Positions 1 to 9,800 of a stretch of DNA of 64,000 nt are shown piece by piece; within the stretch, counting starts at the first letter, position 1, and each line of letters opens with the position of its first letter. The notes beneath the pieces were generated by a model. The model did not search any database. It was not told the origin of the DNA and worked only from the letters and a program-made list of their open reading frames with translations. Source of the stretch: an uncultured Gammaproteobacteria bacterium. Lineage in GTDB: Bacteria; Patescibacteriota; Patescibacteriia; UBA2591; UBA6264. The DNA lies in contig CAZQVF010000001.1 of NCBI GenBank assembly GCA_964596735.1, positions 74,135 through 138,134 on the forward strand. Reading direction: 5' to 3'. A program made the translations under genes and the position numbers.

Positions 1-2
1 TT

Positions 3-710
3 TTTATTTCAAGGGCAAGTTCACGTTATGACAAAATACTGGAAATTCTCTCAGATGAAGATGCAGAGTGGGTCACAGTTTATAGAAATTCAAAAAATAT
101 AGAGGAATCTTTTCTTGAACAAGTTAGAGAAATTATGGATAAATATTACACAACAGCAGAAGATTATTTCGAAGAAAGCTATTATAAACCAACAATTAAA
201 TATTTAGACCAAATATACAATTTAACAAAAAAGCAATATGAAAAGTTTTTGGGGAAAAGTAAAACAGGAAATCCTATAATGCTTTCCCAAATAATGAACT
301 CTTTATCAAGAATAGAAAAACTAAGAAATAGAAATTCTGTTATGAAACAAGAAAGAATTACAAAAGGACAATGGACAATTCTATTATTTTTGGGAACAAT
401 AATTATATTTAGTTTATTTTTTATGAGAACCCCAGAAATATTCTCTCAAATAACGACAATAATCCTATCTACAACAGTTGTTTTGGTTATTTTTCTCCTT
501 AGAGATCTTGAGAATATGAAACTTATTGGAAAATATGTTACTGTTGAATCTTCTCAAGAAATTCTTGACATGTTAGGCAAGCTAAGATATTATAACCAAA
601 AATTTGTCAAAGAAGGCTCTATTAAAATTCCAAAAAATCTTAAAAAATATAGGTTAGGACTTCACAAACCAGGCGAAGAACAAAAGATAAAAATAGTGAC
701 CAAAGAATAG
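3..710 (+). CDS. Membrane protein, 5'-truncated by the window edge (possibly DUF4239/bestrophin-like)
   Basis: Frame is open from position 3 to the TAG at 710; two C-terminal hydrophobic helices (WTILLFLGTIIIFSLFF, IITTIILSTTVVLVIFLLRDL). Confidence 0.6.
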   Translation, partial: FISRASSRYDKILEILSDEDAEWVTVYRNSKNIEESFLEQVREIMDKYYTTAEDYFEESYYKPTIKYLDQIYNLTKKQYEKFLGKSKTGNPIMLSQIMNSLSRIEKLRNRNSVMKQERITKGQWTILLFLGTIIIFSLFFMRTPEIFSQITTIILSTTVVLVIFLLRDLENMKLIGKYVTVESSQEILDMLGKLRYYNQKFVKEGSIKIPKNLKKYRLGLHKPGEEQKIKIVTKE

Positions 711-801
711 TTCCCCTTGTAACCAATCAACACCAAAACCTTGTTAACCTTTAATTTCTCTTTTTCTTGTGCTTGAGAAAAAGAATAAATAAGACTATTA
801 T

Positions 802-1029
802 ATGTTTAAAATTAATTTAGATAAAAACAAATGTATTGGCTGTGGCACCTGTGCGGCTGTCTGTCCGGGTAATTATGAATTAGATAAGGACGGCAAGGCA
901 AAGCTTCTTAATGAAGAGGTTAAGTCTCTTGGTTGTAATCGAATAGCTGAAGAAACCTGCCCGGTCAAAGCCATTGTTATTAAATCAGTTGCTGATAAAA
1001 AAGAATCACAGAAAGAAAAACAAGAATAA
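802..1029 (+). CDS. Single-cluster ferredoxin
   Basis: CIGCGTCAAVCP plus distal CPVKAI. Confidence 0.9.
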   Translation: MFKINLDKNKCIGCGTCAAVCPGNYELDKDGKAKLLNEEVKSLGCNRIAEETCPVKAIVIKSVADKKESQKEKQE

Positions 1030-1041
1030 AATTTTAATTTT

Positions 1042-1608
1042 ATGTTTAAAGTGCGTATCCATGGCCGAGCCGGTCAAGGAGCAAAAACAACCGCTCAACT
1101 TTTAGCGGAAACGAGTTTAAAAGTGGGCAAGTTTGTTCAGGCTTTTCCTTCTTATGGGCCAGTGAGAACAGGTGCTCCAATGAATGCTTTTGTCCGCTTA
1201 AATGATCAACCAATTAATATTTATTCAGAAATCAAAGAGCCTGATGCTGTTTTGGTTATTGATCCATTGTTAATTGATATGGAGAATGTTGGAGCAGGAT
1301 TAAAAAAGAATGGTTTAATAATTGTTAATTCTGTTTATTCCAGCGATGTTTTAAAGAAAAAATTAATAAAAAAAGGACTTCATTCTCAAGTAAAAGTAAT
1401 TACTTTGCCGGCATCGAAAATTGCTTTAGAAATTCTTAAAAAGGATATTCCCAACACTGTTTTATTAGGAGCTTTGGTTAAGGCAACAGGGGTAGTTAAG
1501 CTAAATGATTTAATAAAAACAGTTAAAGATAAATTTAGTAAAAAGCTTGGTTCAGAATTAACCAAGGCTAATATTCAAGTAATTAAAAAAGGTTATGAGC
1601 AAGCCTAA
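1042..1608 (+). CDS. porC: Pyruvate/2-oxoacid:ferredoxin oxidoreductase gamma subunit
   Basis: RIHGRAGQGAKT, AFPSYGPVRTGAP, NTVLLGA motifs. Confidence 0.92.
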   Translation: MFKVRIHGRAGQGAKTTAQLLAETSLKVGKFVQAFPSYGPVRTGAPMNAFVRLNDQPINIYSEIKEPDAVLVIDPLLIDMENVGAGLKKNGLIIVNSVYSSDVLKKKLIKKGLHSQVKVITLPASKIALEILKKDIPNTVLLGALVKATGVVKLNDLIKTVKDKFSKKLGSELTKANIQVIKKGYEQA

Positions 1609-1879
1609 ACAAGAAATTCTTCCAGGAGGAATAATTAACCAGCCTGGATCATCAAAAGATTATAAAACTGGGTCGTGGCGGACAAAACGACCAGTTTGGG
1701 ACAAAGATAAATGCACTCAGTGTGGTCTTTGTGTGAATTATTGTCCGGAAAATTGCATATTGTTTAAAAATGGCAAAAGAGGGGAAGCTAATTTTGATTA
1801 TTGTAAAGGATGTGGTATTTGTGCTCAGGTTTGCCCAGTTAAAGCTATTAAAATGATTAGAGAAGAACAAAAAAAATAA
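1595..1879 (+). CDS. porD: Pyruvate/2-oxoacid:ferredoxin oxidoreductase delta subunit (2x4Fe-4S)
   Basis: TGSWR..RP, CTQCGLCVNYCP and CKGCGICAQVCP. Confidence 0.92.
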   Translation: MSKPKQEILPGGIINQPGSSKDYKTGSWRTKRPVWDKDKCTQCGLCVNYCPENCILFKNGKRGEANFDYCKGCGICAQVCPVKAIKMIREEQKK

Positions 1880-1927
1880 GAACCTGCTTTGCAGAACCTT
1901 GAAATTAAAAAACATTTTAATTGTAAT
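1878..1927 (+). repeat. Dispersed intergenic repeat, copy 1
   Basis: AAGAACC-TGCTTTGCA-GAACC-TTGAAATTAAAAAACATTTTAATTGTAAT; nearly identical to the copy at 19458. Confidence 0.85.
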
Positions 1928-3103
1928 ATGACCAAGAATAAGTCAAAAACGATTACCAAAGCATTAACTGGTGGAGCCGCAGCTACTGAAGCAATGCGAC
2001 AAATAAATCCAGATGTTTTTGCGGCTTATCCCATTACCCCCCAGACTCCTATTATTCAGTCCTTTGCTCAAATGGCGGCTGACAAACGCGTAGACACAAA
2101 ATTTGTTTTAGTTGAATCAGAGCACTCAGCTATGAGTTTAGTAGTCGGAGCATCAGCCGCGGGAGGAAGAGCCATGACGGCTACGGCTAGTCAGGGATTG
2201 ATTTTAATGGCCGAGGTTTTACCAGTCGCCTCTGGAACTCGTCTACCCATTGTGATGAATATTGCTACTCGGGCTCTTTCGGCACCAATTAATATCCATA
2301 ATGACCATCAAGACGCAATGGCCGTACGCGACTTGGGATGGATTCAGATTTTTTGTGAAAACAATCAAGAAGTTTATGAAAACAATTTTCTAGCCATTCG
2401 TTTAGCTGAACATTCTCAAGTCCAATTACCGGTTATGGTCTGCCAAGATGGTTTTATTACTTCACATAACACAGAAGGAGTTGAGGTTTATTCAGATAAA
2501 GTAATAAAGAGGTTTTTAGGAGAATACAAACCCAAATATCCTCTTTTAAATTTAAAAAAGCCAGTTACCATTGGCCCTTTGGCCTTGCCTGATTATTATT
2601 TTGAAATTAGAGTCCAACTTGATCAGGCCATGAAACAGGCTAAAAAAAGATATTTAGAAATCGGTCAAGAATTAAAAAAGATTACTGGCCATGATTATCC
2701 TTATTTTGAAAAATATCACCTAGACAATGCCCAAGCCGTTATTGTTACTATGGGGTCTACGGCGGGCACCTCTAAGGTTGTTATTGATAAACTAAGAAAG
2801 CAGGGAAAAAGAGTAGGATTATTAAAAATCAATTTATTTAGACCATTTCCTTACCAAGAAGTTAACAAGGTCTTATCCAAAATTAAGTATATAGGAGTTT
2901 TAGAAAGGGCACTGGGCTTTGGCTCTTATTCTCCATTAGCCAGTGAGATTAGACATTGTTTATCTTTAAAACAAAAAGTTCAAGATTATACTTTTGGTTT
3001 AGGCGGTCGCGATATTGGACCAGGAGAAATAGAAAAAGCCTTTAAGCAATTATTAAAGGGCCAGATCAGTGACCAGATAAAATATATTGGTTTGAGAAAA
3101 TAA
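1928..3103 (+). CDS. porA: Pyruvate/2-oxoacid:ferredoxin oxidoreductase alpha subunit
   Basis: AYPITPQT, ESEHSAMS, TATASQGL motifs; start moved to ATG 1928 because the TTG at 1889 lies inside the repeat. Confidence 0.93.
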   Translation: MTKNKSKTITKALTGGAAATEAMRQINPDVFAAYPITPQTPIIQSFAQMAADKRVDTKFVLVESEHSAMSLVVGASAAGGRAMTATASQGLILMAEVLPVASGTRLPIVMNIATRALSAPINIHNDHQDAMAVRDLGWIQIFCENNQEVYENNFLAIRLAEHSQVQLPVMVCQDGFITSHNTEGVEVYSDKVIKRFLGEYKPKYPLLNLKKPVTIGPLALPDYYFEIRVQLDQAMKQAKKRYLEIGQELKKITGHDYPYFEKYHLDNAQAVIVTMGSTAGTSKVVIDKLRKQGKRVGLLKINLFRPFPYQEVNKVLSKIKYIGVLERALGFGSYSPLASEIRHCLSLKQKVQDYTFGLGGRDIGPGEIEKAFKQLLKGQISDQIKYIGLRK

Positions 3104-3111
3104 TCAAATAA

Positions 3112-3528
3112 ATGATTGTTGAGGTTAACAAATTAGTCAAATCTTGGATCAGTAAAAAGTTTTATTCTTTGGTTTTAAAACAAAGCGCTCATCTGCTCAA
3201 GGCAGAAAAGAAAATAGATAATCTTTCCGTTGCCTTAGTTAGTAGTCAAACTATTAAAAAACTTAACCATCAATATCGTCGAATTAATCAAATTACAGAT
3301 ATTCTTTCTTTTGATGACCCGCCTCAGATAATTATTTGCTGGCCACAATTAAAAAAGCAGGCCAAAGAACAAAAACATAGTCAGAAAAAAGAATTAGCTG
3401 TTCTTTTGGTTCATGGATTCCTTCATATTTTAGGGCATGACCATAAAAACAAAACGCAAGGAAATTTAATGGAAAAGCAGAGTGATAAAATTATCTCTTT
3501 GCTAAAAAAGAAAAAATTGGTAAAATAA
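3112..3528 (+). CDS. ybeY: rRNA maturation endoribonuclease YbeY
   Basis: LNHQYR..TDILSF and HGFLHILGHDH. Confidence 0.92.
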   Translation: MIVEVNKLVKSWISKKFYSLVLKQSAHLLKAEKKIDNLSVALVSSQTIKKLNHQYRRINQITDILSFDDPPQIIICWPQLKKQAKEQKHSQKKELAVLLVHGFLHILGHDHKNKTQGNLMEKQSDKIISLLKKKKLVK

Positions 3529-3551
3529 GATAAGAATAATCTATTAAAAAT

Positions 3552-4790
3552 ATGTCTCGTCAACAAACAATTACCGGAATTGATTTAGGTTCATCCACGA
3601 TTAGAATCGCGGTAGGAGAGATTCGTCCAGAAGGAGATCTGCATATTATTGGTTTAGGTGAAGGACCATCAGACGGTATTAACAAAGGAGTAATTACCAG
3701 CATTGAAGACACTGTTTCAAGTATTTCTGCTTGTGTTGAACAGGTGGAAAGAATGACTGGGCGATCTATTGAAGACGCCTATGTTGGAGTTTCTGGAACC
3801 CATATTATATCTCAAGAAAGTCGAGGCGTAGTAGCTATTTCCCGGGCTGATGGAGTAATCAAACAAGATGACGTTACTCGTGTTTTAGAGGCGGCTCAAG
3901 CTGTAGCCACTCCACCTAATTATGAGATTATCCATATTTTGCCCCGTAGTTTTTCAGTTGATAATCAAGTAGGCATTATGGACCCAGTAGGAATGACCGG
4001 TGTTCGTTTAGAGGTTGAGGCTCAAATTATTCTTGGACTTTCCAATCAAATTAAAAATTTAGGGAAGTGTTTTCTTCGAGTGGGTATGGGAATCAATGAA
4101 CTGGTTTTTGCAGTTCTTTCCACAGCCGAATCAGTTTTAGATAAAAGGCAAAAAGAACTAGGAGTTTTGGTTGTTAATATTGGTAGTAGTACGACAAGTT
4201 TTGCTGTTCTTGAAGAAGGAGATGTTTTAACCGCCAAGGTTTTACCCATTGGAGCGCGTCACATTACTAATGATATTGCTATTGGTTTACGTATTCCTGT
4301 AGATTTAGCGGAAAAAGTGAAAGTAAATTATGGAACCTCTTTATTAGAAAAAGTGGGCAAAAATAAGCTTATTAATTTCAAAGATTTAAGTGAAAAAGAA
4401 CAGGGAACGGCTTCACAAAAACAGGTTGCTAAAATTATTGAAGCCAGGTGTGAGGAAATTTTTAAAATGGTTGATAAAGAATTGGTCCGGGTTGATCGAA
4501 GTCGTAAATTGCCAGCCGGCGCTGTTTTAACTGGGGCGGGAGCCAAATTAGACGGCTTAGTAGAAACAGCTAAAAAAACATTTAAAATCCCTGCCTCTTT
4601 GGGCTTACCTCAGGGTTTTGTCAGTGGTATTAACAAGGCCTTTGATCCGAGTTTTTCTACAGCCGTTGGTTTAATTTTATGGGGTCATCGACCAGCGGGG
4701 ATAATAACCACATCACCACCTTTTTCCAAGATAGATTCGAAAATAAAGAAAGGGCTTAAAAGTATATTTAAGAGTATATTGCCTTATTAG
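3552..4790 (+). CDS. ftsA: Cell division protein FtsA
   Basis: GIDLGSS, DPVGMTGVRLE, HITNDIAIGL, VLTGAGA; next to ftsZ. Confidence 0.95.
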   Translation: MSRQQTITGIDLGSSTIRIAVGEIRPEGDLHIIGLGEGPSDGINKGVITSIEDTVSSISACVEQVERMTGRSIEDAYVGVSGTHIISQESRGVVAISRADGVIKQDDVTRVLEAAQAVATPPNYEIIHILPRSFSVDNQVGIMDPVGMTGVRLEVEAQIILGLSNQIKNLGKCFLRVGMGINELVFAVLSTAESVLDKRQKELGVLVVNIGSSTTSFAVLEEGDVLTAKVLPIGARHITNDIAIGLRIPVDLAEKVKVNYGTSLLEKVGKNKLINFKDLSEKEQGTASQKQVAKIIEARCEEIFKMVDKELVRVDRSRKLPAGAVLTGAGAKLDGLVETAKKTFKIPASLGLPQGFVSGINKAFDPSFSTAVGLILWGHRPAGIITTSPPFSKIDSKIKKGLKSIFKSILPY

Positions 4791-4836
4791 TTATATTCTT
4801 GCACCTTTTCAAAAATATTTTAATTTTTTAAAATAT

Positions 4837-4910
4837 AAGAACCTACTCACTACGTTCGTAGAACCTTGAAATTAAAATATATTGTATAGATAATAAGGTA
4901 ATTTAATTAT
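4837..4910 (+). repeat. Dispersed intergenic repeat, copy 2 (upstream of ftsZ)
   Basis: AAGAACC-TACTCACTACGTTCGTA-GAACC-TTGAAATTAAA...AAGGTAATTTAATTAT; TTGAAA-N17-GATAAT. Confidence 0.8.
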
Positions 4911-4942
4911 AGGGAGAGGTTTCTTATATTTTTATTTTATAT

Positions 4943-6136
4943 ATGCCTAAAAAGATTAAGAAAAAATCAATAAAGAAACCAACTTCAAAGATAAAGGTAG
5001 TTGGAGTCGGTGGAGCAGGCGGTTCAGCCATAAAACGGATGCTTAAAGCTAAGATTCCAGGAGTTGAATATGTAGCGATTAATACTGATGTTCAGGCCCT
5101 ACAGGCAATCAGTGGTCGGGTTAAAAAAATTCGGATTGGCAAAGCCCTAACCAAGGGACTAGGGACTGGGGCAGATCCTGAATTAGGACAAGCAGCGGCT
5201 GAACAAAATACTCGAGAGATTAAAGAGTCGTTAAAAAATACTGACATTATCTTTATTACCGCCGGTTTGGGTGGAGGAGTCGGCACCGGGGCCAGTCCAG
5301 TAGTGGCTGATATTGCTGGAAAAACAAAAGCCTTAACTTTGGCCATTGTTACCAAGCCATTTGTTTTTGAGGGTCCGCAAAGAAAAGCGATTGCTGAACA
5401 GGGGTTGAAAAAACTTGTTAATCGAGTAGATGCTTTAATGACGATTTCCAACAACAAACTTTTACATACGATTGATCGTTCAACCCCTATTTTAGAAGCA
5501 TTTAATATTGCTGATGAAGTTTTAAAACAGGGTGTTCAAGGAATTTCTGATATTTTCAATGTTTCTGGATTAATTAATGTTGATTTTGCTGATGTCAAGC
5601 CAGTACTTCAGGGTGGAGGCATTACCATGTTAGGAATTGGCCATGCCAGTGGCAAAGACAGGGCGGCTCAGGCGGCAAAAAACGCTTTAAAAAATCCCTT
5701 AATGGATCTTTCTGCCAAAGAAGCAAATGGAATAGTTTTTATTATCACTGGTTCTCCTGATTTAAAAATGGCAGAGGTTAATGAAATTGCCGAGAGCATT
5801 ACTAAAGAAATGGATCCAATGGCAAAAATTGTCTTTGGAGCAGTGATTGATAAAGATTTAAAAGACGAAATAAAGGTAACCTTGATCGCTACTAATTATG
5901 ACCAAATAGGAAATTATGGTTTTAGTTTACAAAGCCTAGAAGACATGGAGGAAGAAGGATTAAGCCGACCTTTGGCCAAAGAAACAGAAAAAGGAAAGAT
6001 ATATGTTTATAGGGAAAAACAAAAGAAAGAAACCAAGAAGAAAACAAAAGGCAAAGAAGAAAAGGGACAAGAATTTAACTTTGAAGATGAGCTAGACATC
6101 CCTGCTTTTTTAAGAAAAAAATTAAAATCAAGATAA
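4943..6136 (+). CDS. ftsZ: Cell division protein FtsZ
   Basis: VVGVGGAG, AGLGGGVGTG tubulin signature, INVDFADV, C-terminal LDIPAFLRK. Confidence 0.97.
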   Translation: MPKKIKKKSIKKPTSKIKVVGVGGAGGSAIKRMLKAKIPGVEYVAINTDVQALQAISGRVKKIRIGKALTKGLGTGADPELGQAAAEQNTREIKESLKNTDIIFITAGLGGGVGTGASPVVADIAGKTKALTLAIVTKPFVFEGPQRKAIAEQGLKKLVNRVDALMTISNNKLLHTIDRSTPILEAFNIADEVLKQGVQGISDIFNVSGLINVDFADVKPVLQGGGITMLGIGHASGKDRAAQAAKNALKNPLMDLSAKEANGIVFIITGSPDLKMAEVNEIAESITKEMDPMAKIVFGAVIDKDLKDEIKVTLIATNYDQIGNYGFSLQSLEDMEEEGLSRPLAKETEKGKIYVYREKQKKETKKKTKGKEEKGQEFNFEDELDIPAFLRKKLKSR

Positions 6137-6192
6137 GATGAGGTATTAAAAGTAAGGAGAAAAAGTTCCTTATTTTTTATTTTTTCCCAGTA

Positions 6193-6221
6193 TTGACAAA
6201 ACCCTTTTTTTATGATATTAT
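6193..6221 (+). promoter_or_regulatory. Sigma70-type promoter
   Basis: TTGACA-N17-TATTAT with TG extension, upstream of 6257. Confidence 0.65.
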
Positions 6222-6256
6222 AACATTACTATAGTTAATAGGTTAAATTTAATTTT

Positions 6257-6595
6257 ATGGAGAATATTATTGAACAATTTATTCAAGGTATGATTAAAAA
6301 GGCTGGTATTGATAATATGCCAGAAGATTTTAAAAAAGAGTATACAGAAAAGTTGGCTGTTCAAGCTCAACAGCGCTTAGGCATGGTCGCTCTTCAAGAG
6401 CTTGACGAAAAAGGAGTCAAAGATTTTGAGGAATTTATGGGCAGAAAAGAATCACCAAAACCAGACGAAGTTTTGGATTTTTTTAATACTCGGATTCCTG
6501 ATTTTTCTACCAAAGTGGCTAAGACCTTAGAAGAGTTTGGCAATGAATTTATTCAAGGAGCGGCTAAATTAAAAGGAACAAAATTGAGCTCATAA
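6257..6595 (+). CDS. Small helical hypothetical protein (CPR DUF5663-like)
   Basis: Clean ORF; GIDNMPED and RLGMVALQEL resemble a CPR family as recalled. Confidence 0.65.
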   Translation: MENIIEQFIQGMIKKAGIDNMPEDFKKEYTEKLAVQAQQRLGMVALQELDEKGVKDFEEFMGRKESPKPDEVLDFFNTRIPDFSTKVAKTLEEFGNEFIQGAAKLKGTKLSS

Positions 6596-6620
6596 ATTTT
6601 AATTATATTTTTACATTTTT

Positions 6621-6806
6621 ATGACCACACAAGAATCAAAAATTATTGCTGAAAAAATTAAGGAATTACAAGCCATTTATAATGAGTTTGTAAAAAAACT
6701 TGATGAATTAAGGGGCCAGAGGAGCAGCATTATTAACAATATTATTAAAAGAATTGAACACAAAAAAGTTCAGGAGAATTTGGATAAATTAAATAAAATA
6801 AAATAA
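6621..6806 (+). CDS. Small coiled-coil hypothetical protein
   Basis: 61 aa with heptad pattern, in operon position between 6257 and 6817. Confidence 0.7.
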   Translation: MTTQESKIIAEKIKELQAIYNEFVKKLDELRGQRSSIINNIIKRIEHKKVQENLDKLNKIK

Positions 6807-6816
6807 ATTTAATTAT

Positions 6817-9800
6817 ATGATTAAAGAAAATAAAACCGGACCTGATAGGGGGGAGCCAGAGAATGAAAATCAGGAGGAGATATTTTCTCTTCAAAATAAA
6901 ATATCCATTAAGAGAGAAGCCCAAGAACAAAATAAGAGATTATTAAGAGGTAGTATCTTAGAAACAACAAATGCTCAAATTGACGAAGATATAGCCGAAT
7001 TAAACAGACAATTAGAGCAACTTGGGGTTAAAGAAGAAATCAGTCCAGAAATAGGAGTAGAAGCAATAGAAGATAGAAGGGTAGAGTTAATTCAAAAAGT
7101 AGATACGGAAAAACAAGAGTTTGACGAAGAAGGTGAATTAACCCCTGATCAAGAACAAGAGATAGCGCTAGAAGAAAGAGGGGGCTTAGTTGATATTAGC
7201 GAAAAAGCAGGCGTGGTTACCCAGAAAACAAAGGAATTATTGTCCAAAGAATTGGGTTATATTGATATTGAACCAAAAGAGATTTTTGAAAAGTTGACCC
7301 CAAAAGACTTAGATGAATTACAAATGTTAATGAAAGGGGGTAAAAGATTTGAAAAATTAGAACAAGAATTAGTTGCTTCAAGAAAAGAACTCCAAGATCT
7401 TGAAGATACTGGCATTTTTTTTAATAAAAAAGAAAAAAGAAAGAAAAAGGAGCGAATGCAAGAAATAAATCAGGAAATCAAGAAAAAAGAAAAAGAAATT
7501 AAAGAACTAAAGGAAGAGGGTAATAAAGAAGAAATAATTACTTTTTATAAAAATAAAATTAATGAAATCGCTGTTAGTCAGGGAATAGAAGAAAAATTGA
7601 CTGAAGAAAAGGCAGAAGAAATTGCTAAAAATTTACAAGAGACTATTCAACAGACCATAGATGCTCAAGCTCAAGAGGTGATAGCTAAATTTGGCTTGAA
7701 AAAGTTTGGTAAGATGGCTGGTGGAATGATTAAAAACATGGGTTTAATGTTCGGAGCGGCTGCTTTAATTGGTACCTTAGGTATAGCTACTGGTGGAGCT
7801 GGTGTGGTGGTTATGGCTGGTGGTATGGCTTTAACCCGTTTAATCGAAAAAAAGATTAGCGGAAAAATAAGAGAGGAAAAAGCGAAAAAAACCAAAGAAA
7901 AGTTTAAACAGAAATTAGAAAAAGAAAAAGACAAAGTTTTGGAATCTTTTTTTAAGGCCAAAGAAAAACTTAGAGAAAAGATGAGTGGGGTAATGAGTAA
8001 TGAAATTAGAAGACAAACCAGCAAAGAAGCCTCAGCTCTTTTAAGGGAATATAGAGACGCTAAAGTAAGTGGGAATACAGAAATTATAGAATCTAATTTA
8101 ACTGAGCTAGAAAAAGAGTTTTATTTAAGCGCTTTAACTAAAATTAAAGCAGAACATCCTAAAATTAAAGATGAGGAACAGCAGCACAATATGGCTATTC
8201 AAATGGCCATGAATTTGGCTCAATATGAAAGAGGAGAAATTGAAGGTAAGAAAAGGCTAGAAGATTTAAAAAAGGATAAACCAAAAGTTTATAAATTAGT
8301 TCAAAAATTTAATTTATTACGTAGTGGTGTTACAGATAAAAAACCAGAGGGAATGAGCAAGAAAGAGACATCACTTTGGAATAAATATAAATATGATTTA
8401 ACAAGCCTAGGAGTTGGTACGGCCATCGGTATGGCGGTTAGAACTAGTGAACTAGGTAGAGTAGCTTTTGGCGCACTTGGTGGTGTCGGGATGGGTTATA
8501 TGATGGGTGAGGCCGTGGGGAAAAGAGCAGAAAAGAAAGGGATTAAAGAGATTGAAAAAATGATTGATCAGGCCGAGGAAGTTATTGAAGACATTAGTTT
8601 TCCAGCTAATGAATTGCCTGATTTGCGAAAAAATGCCACCTTAGTTCAATCTAGATTAGAGCTAGGATTGTTAGATGTAGACCCTGTTCTTAAAAGTAGG
8701 GCTGAAAATTTTATTCATAATGTCAGGCAGGTAGAATTTGCTAATCAAAAAACACTTAATAAATTATTAGAACAACAAGAAAATAATAATAAAAAGTTAG
8801 AAAAGCAGGTTGAAAAAGATGTTACCAGAATTGAAAAGAAAACTAAAAGGCGAAGGATTTTGGCAATGGTTGGAGGAGGCTTGGCTGGTGGTTTAGCTGC
8901 GGGAGCCTTTACTGAAACAGGTAAGGATATACTTAAGGATATACGTGGATTAGGAGAAGAAGGACCAGGAATAGAACCAAGAGGGCCAGGGTCAATAGAG
9001 GGCGGGATAAAAGGAACTCCTTTTGTTGCAGCTGAATTTCCAAGCGCTCCTGATAGTTTATCTGATTCAGCTCAAGAAACATACAATCATTTAAAAAATA
9101 TTATTCAAGGAACTGAGGGAAAGCTTGGTCCAACTCTTGTCCGGGCTCAGGCTGAGGATGTGGCTGAACAATTAAAAACAGCTGCCCCTGAACAATGGGA
9201 AGAAATTTTAGAAAATTATAAAAGTGGAGATGTGGTTGAAGAAACAATTAAACAAGCATCTTCAGCCCCAGAAGCCCCTGTTCCAGAGCCGGAAGAGATA
9301 AAAATAGCCCTAAATTTAGAAAAGCCAGGAATTTCAATAGACGAATCTGCTTTTGCCAAAGAAATGCCTGAATTGGCAAATGAGCTTAAAGAATTAGAAG
9401 TAAGTTTAAAGTCATTTGACCAAAATACGTTTAACCAAATCAGAAATTTGACTGAATTAACTGACACTAATCCGGTTATTAGAGATCAGGCACTAGCGTT
9501 TTTAAAGAAATTTGAAGAAGGAGCACCTCAACTTCATGAACAAATGTTGAATGAATATGATAAAACCTTTGTTCCAGAAGCTCCAGCTCCAGAAACTCCA
9601 GGAGTCTCAGAAGAAGTTACCAAACCTTCATGGGAACAAGAAGTGGGCAGAGAAGAATTTGATTTAGAAAAGATTACTCAAGAACAATTTAATCAACTTC
9701 AAGAGAATCTTCAAGAACTTGGCCCCACCCAAGCTAAAGCAGATGCTTTGACCTTAATGGAGAAATTAAAAGAAACAGACATTGATAAATACCAGAAGAT

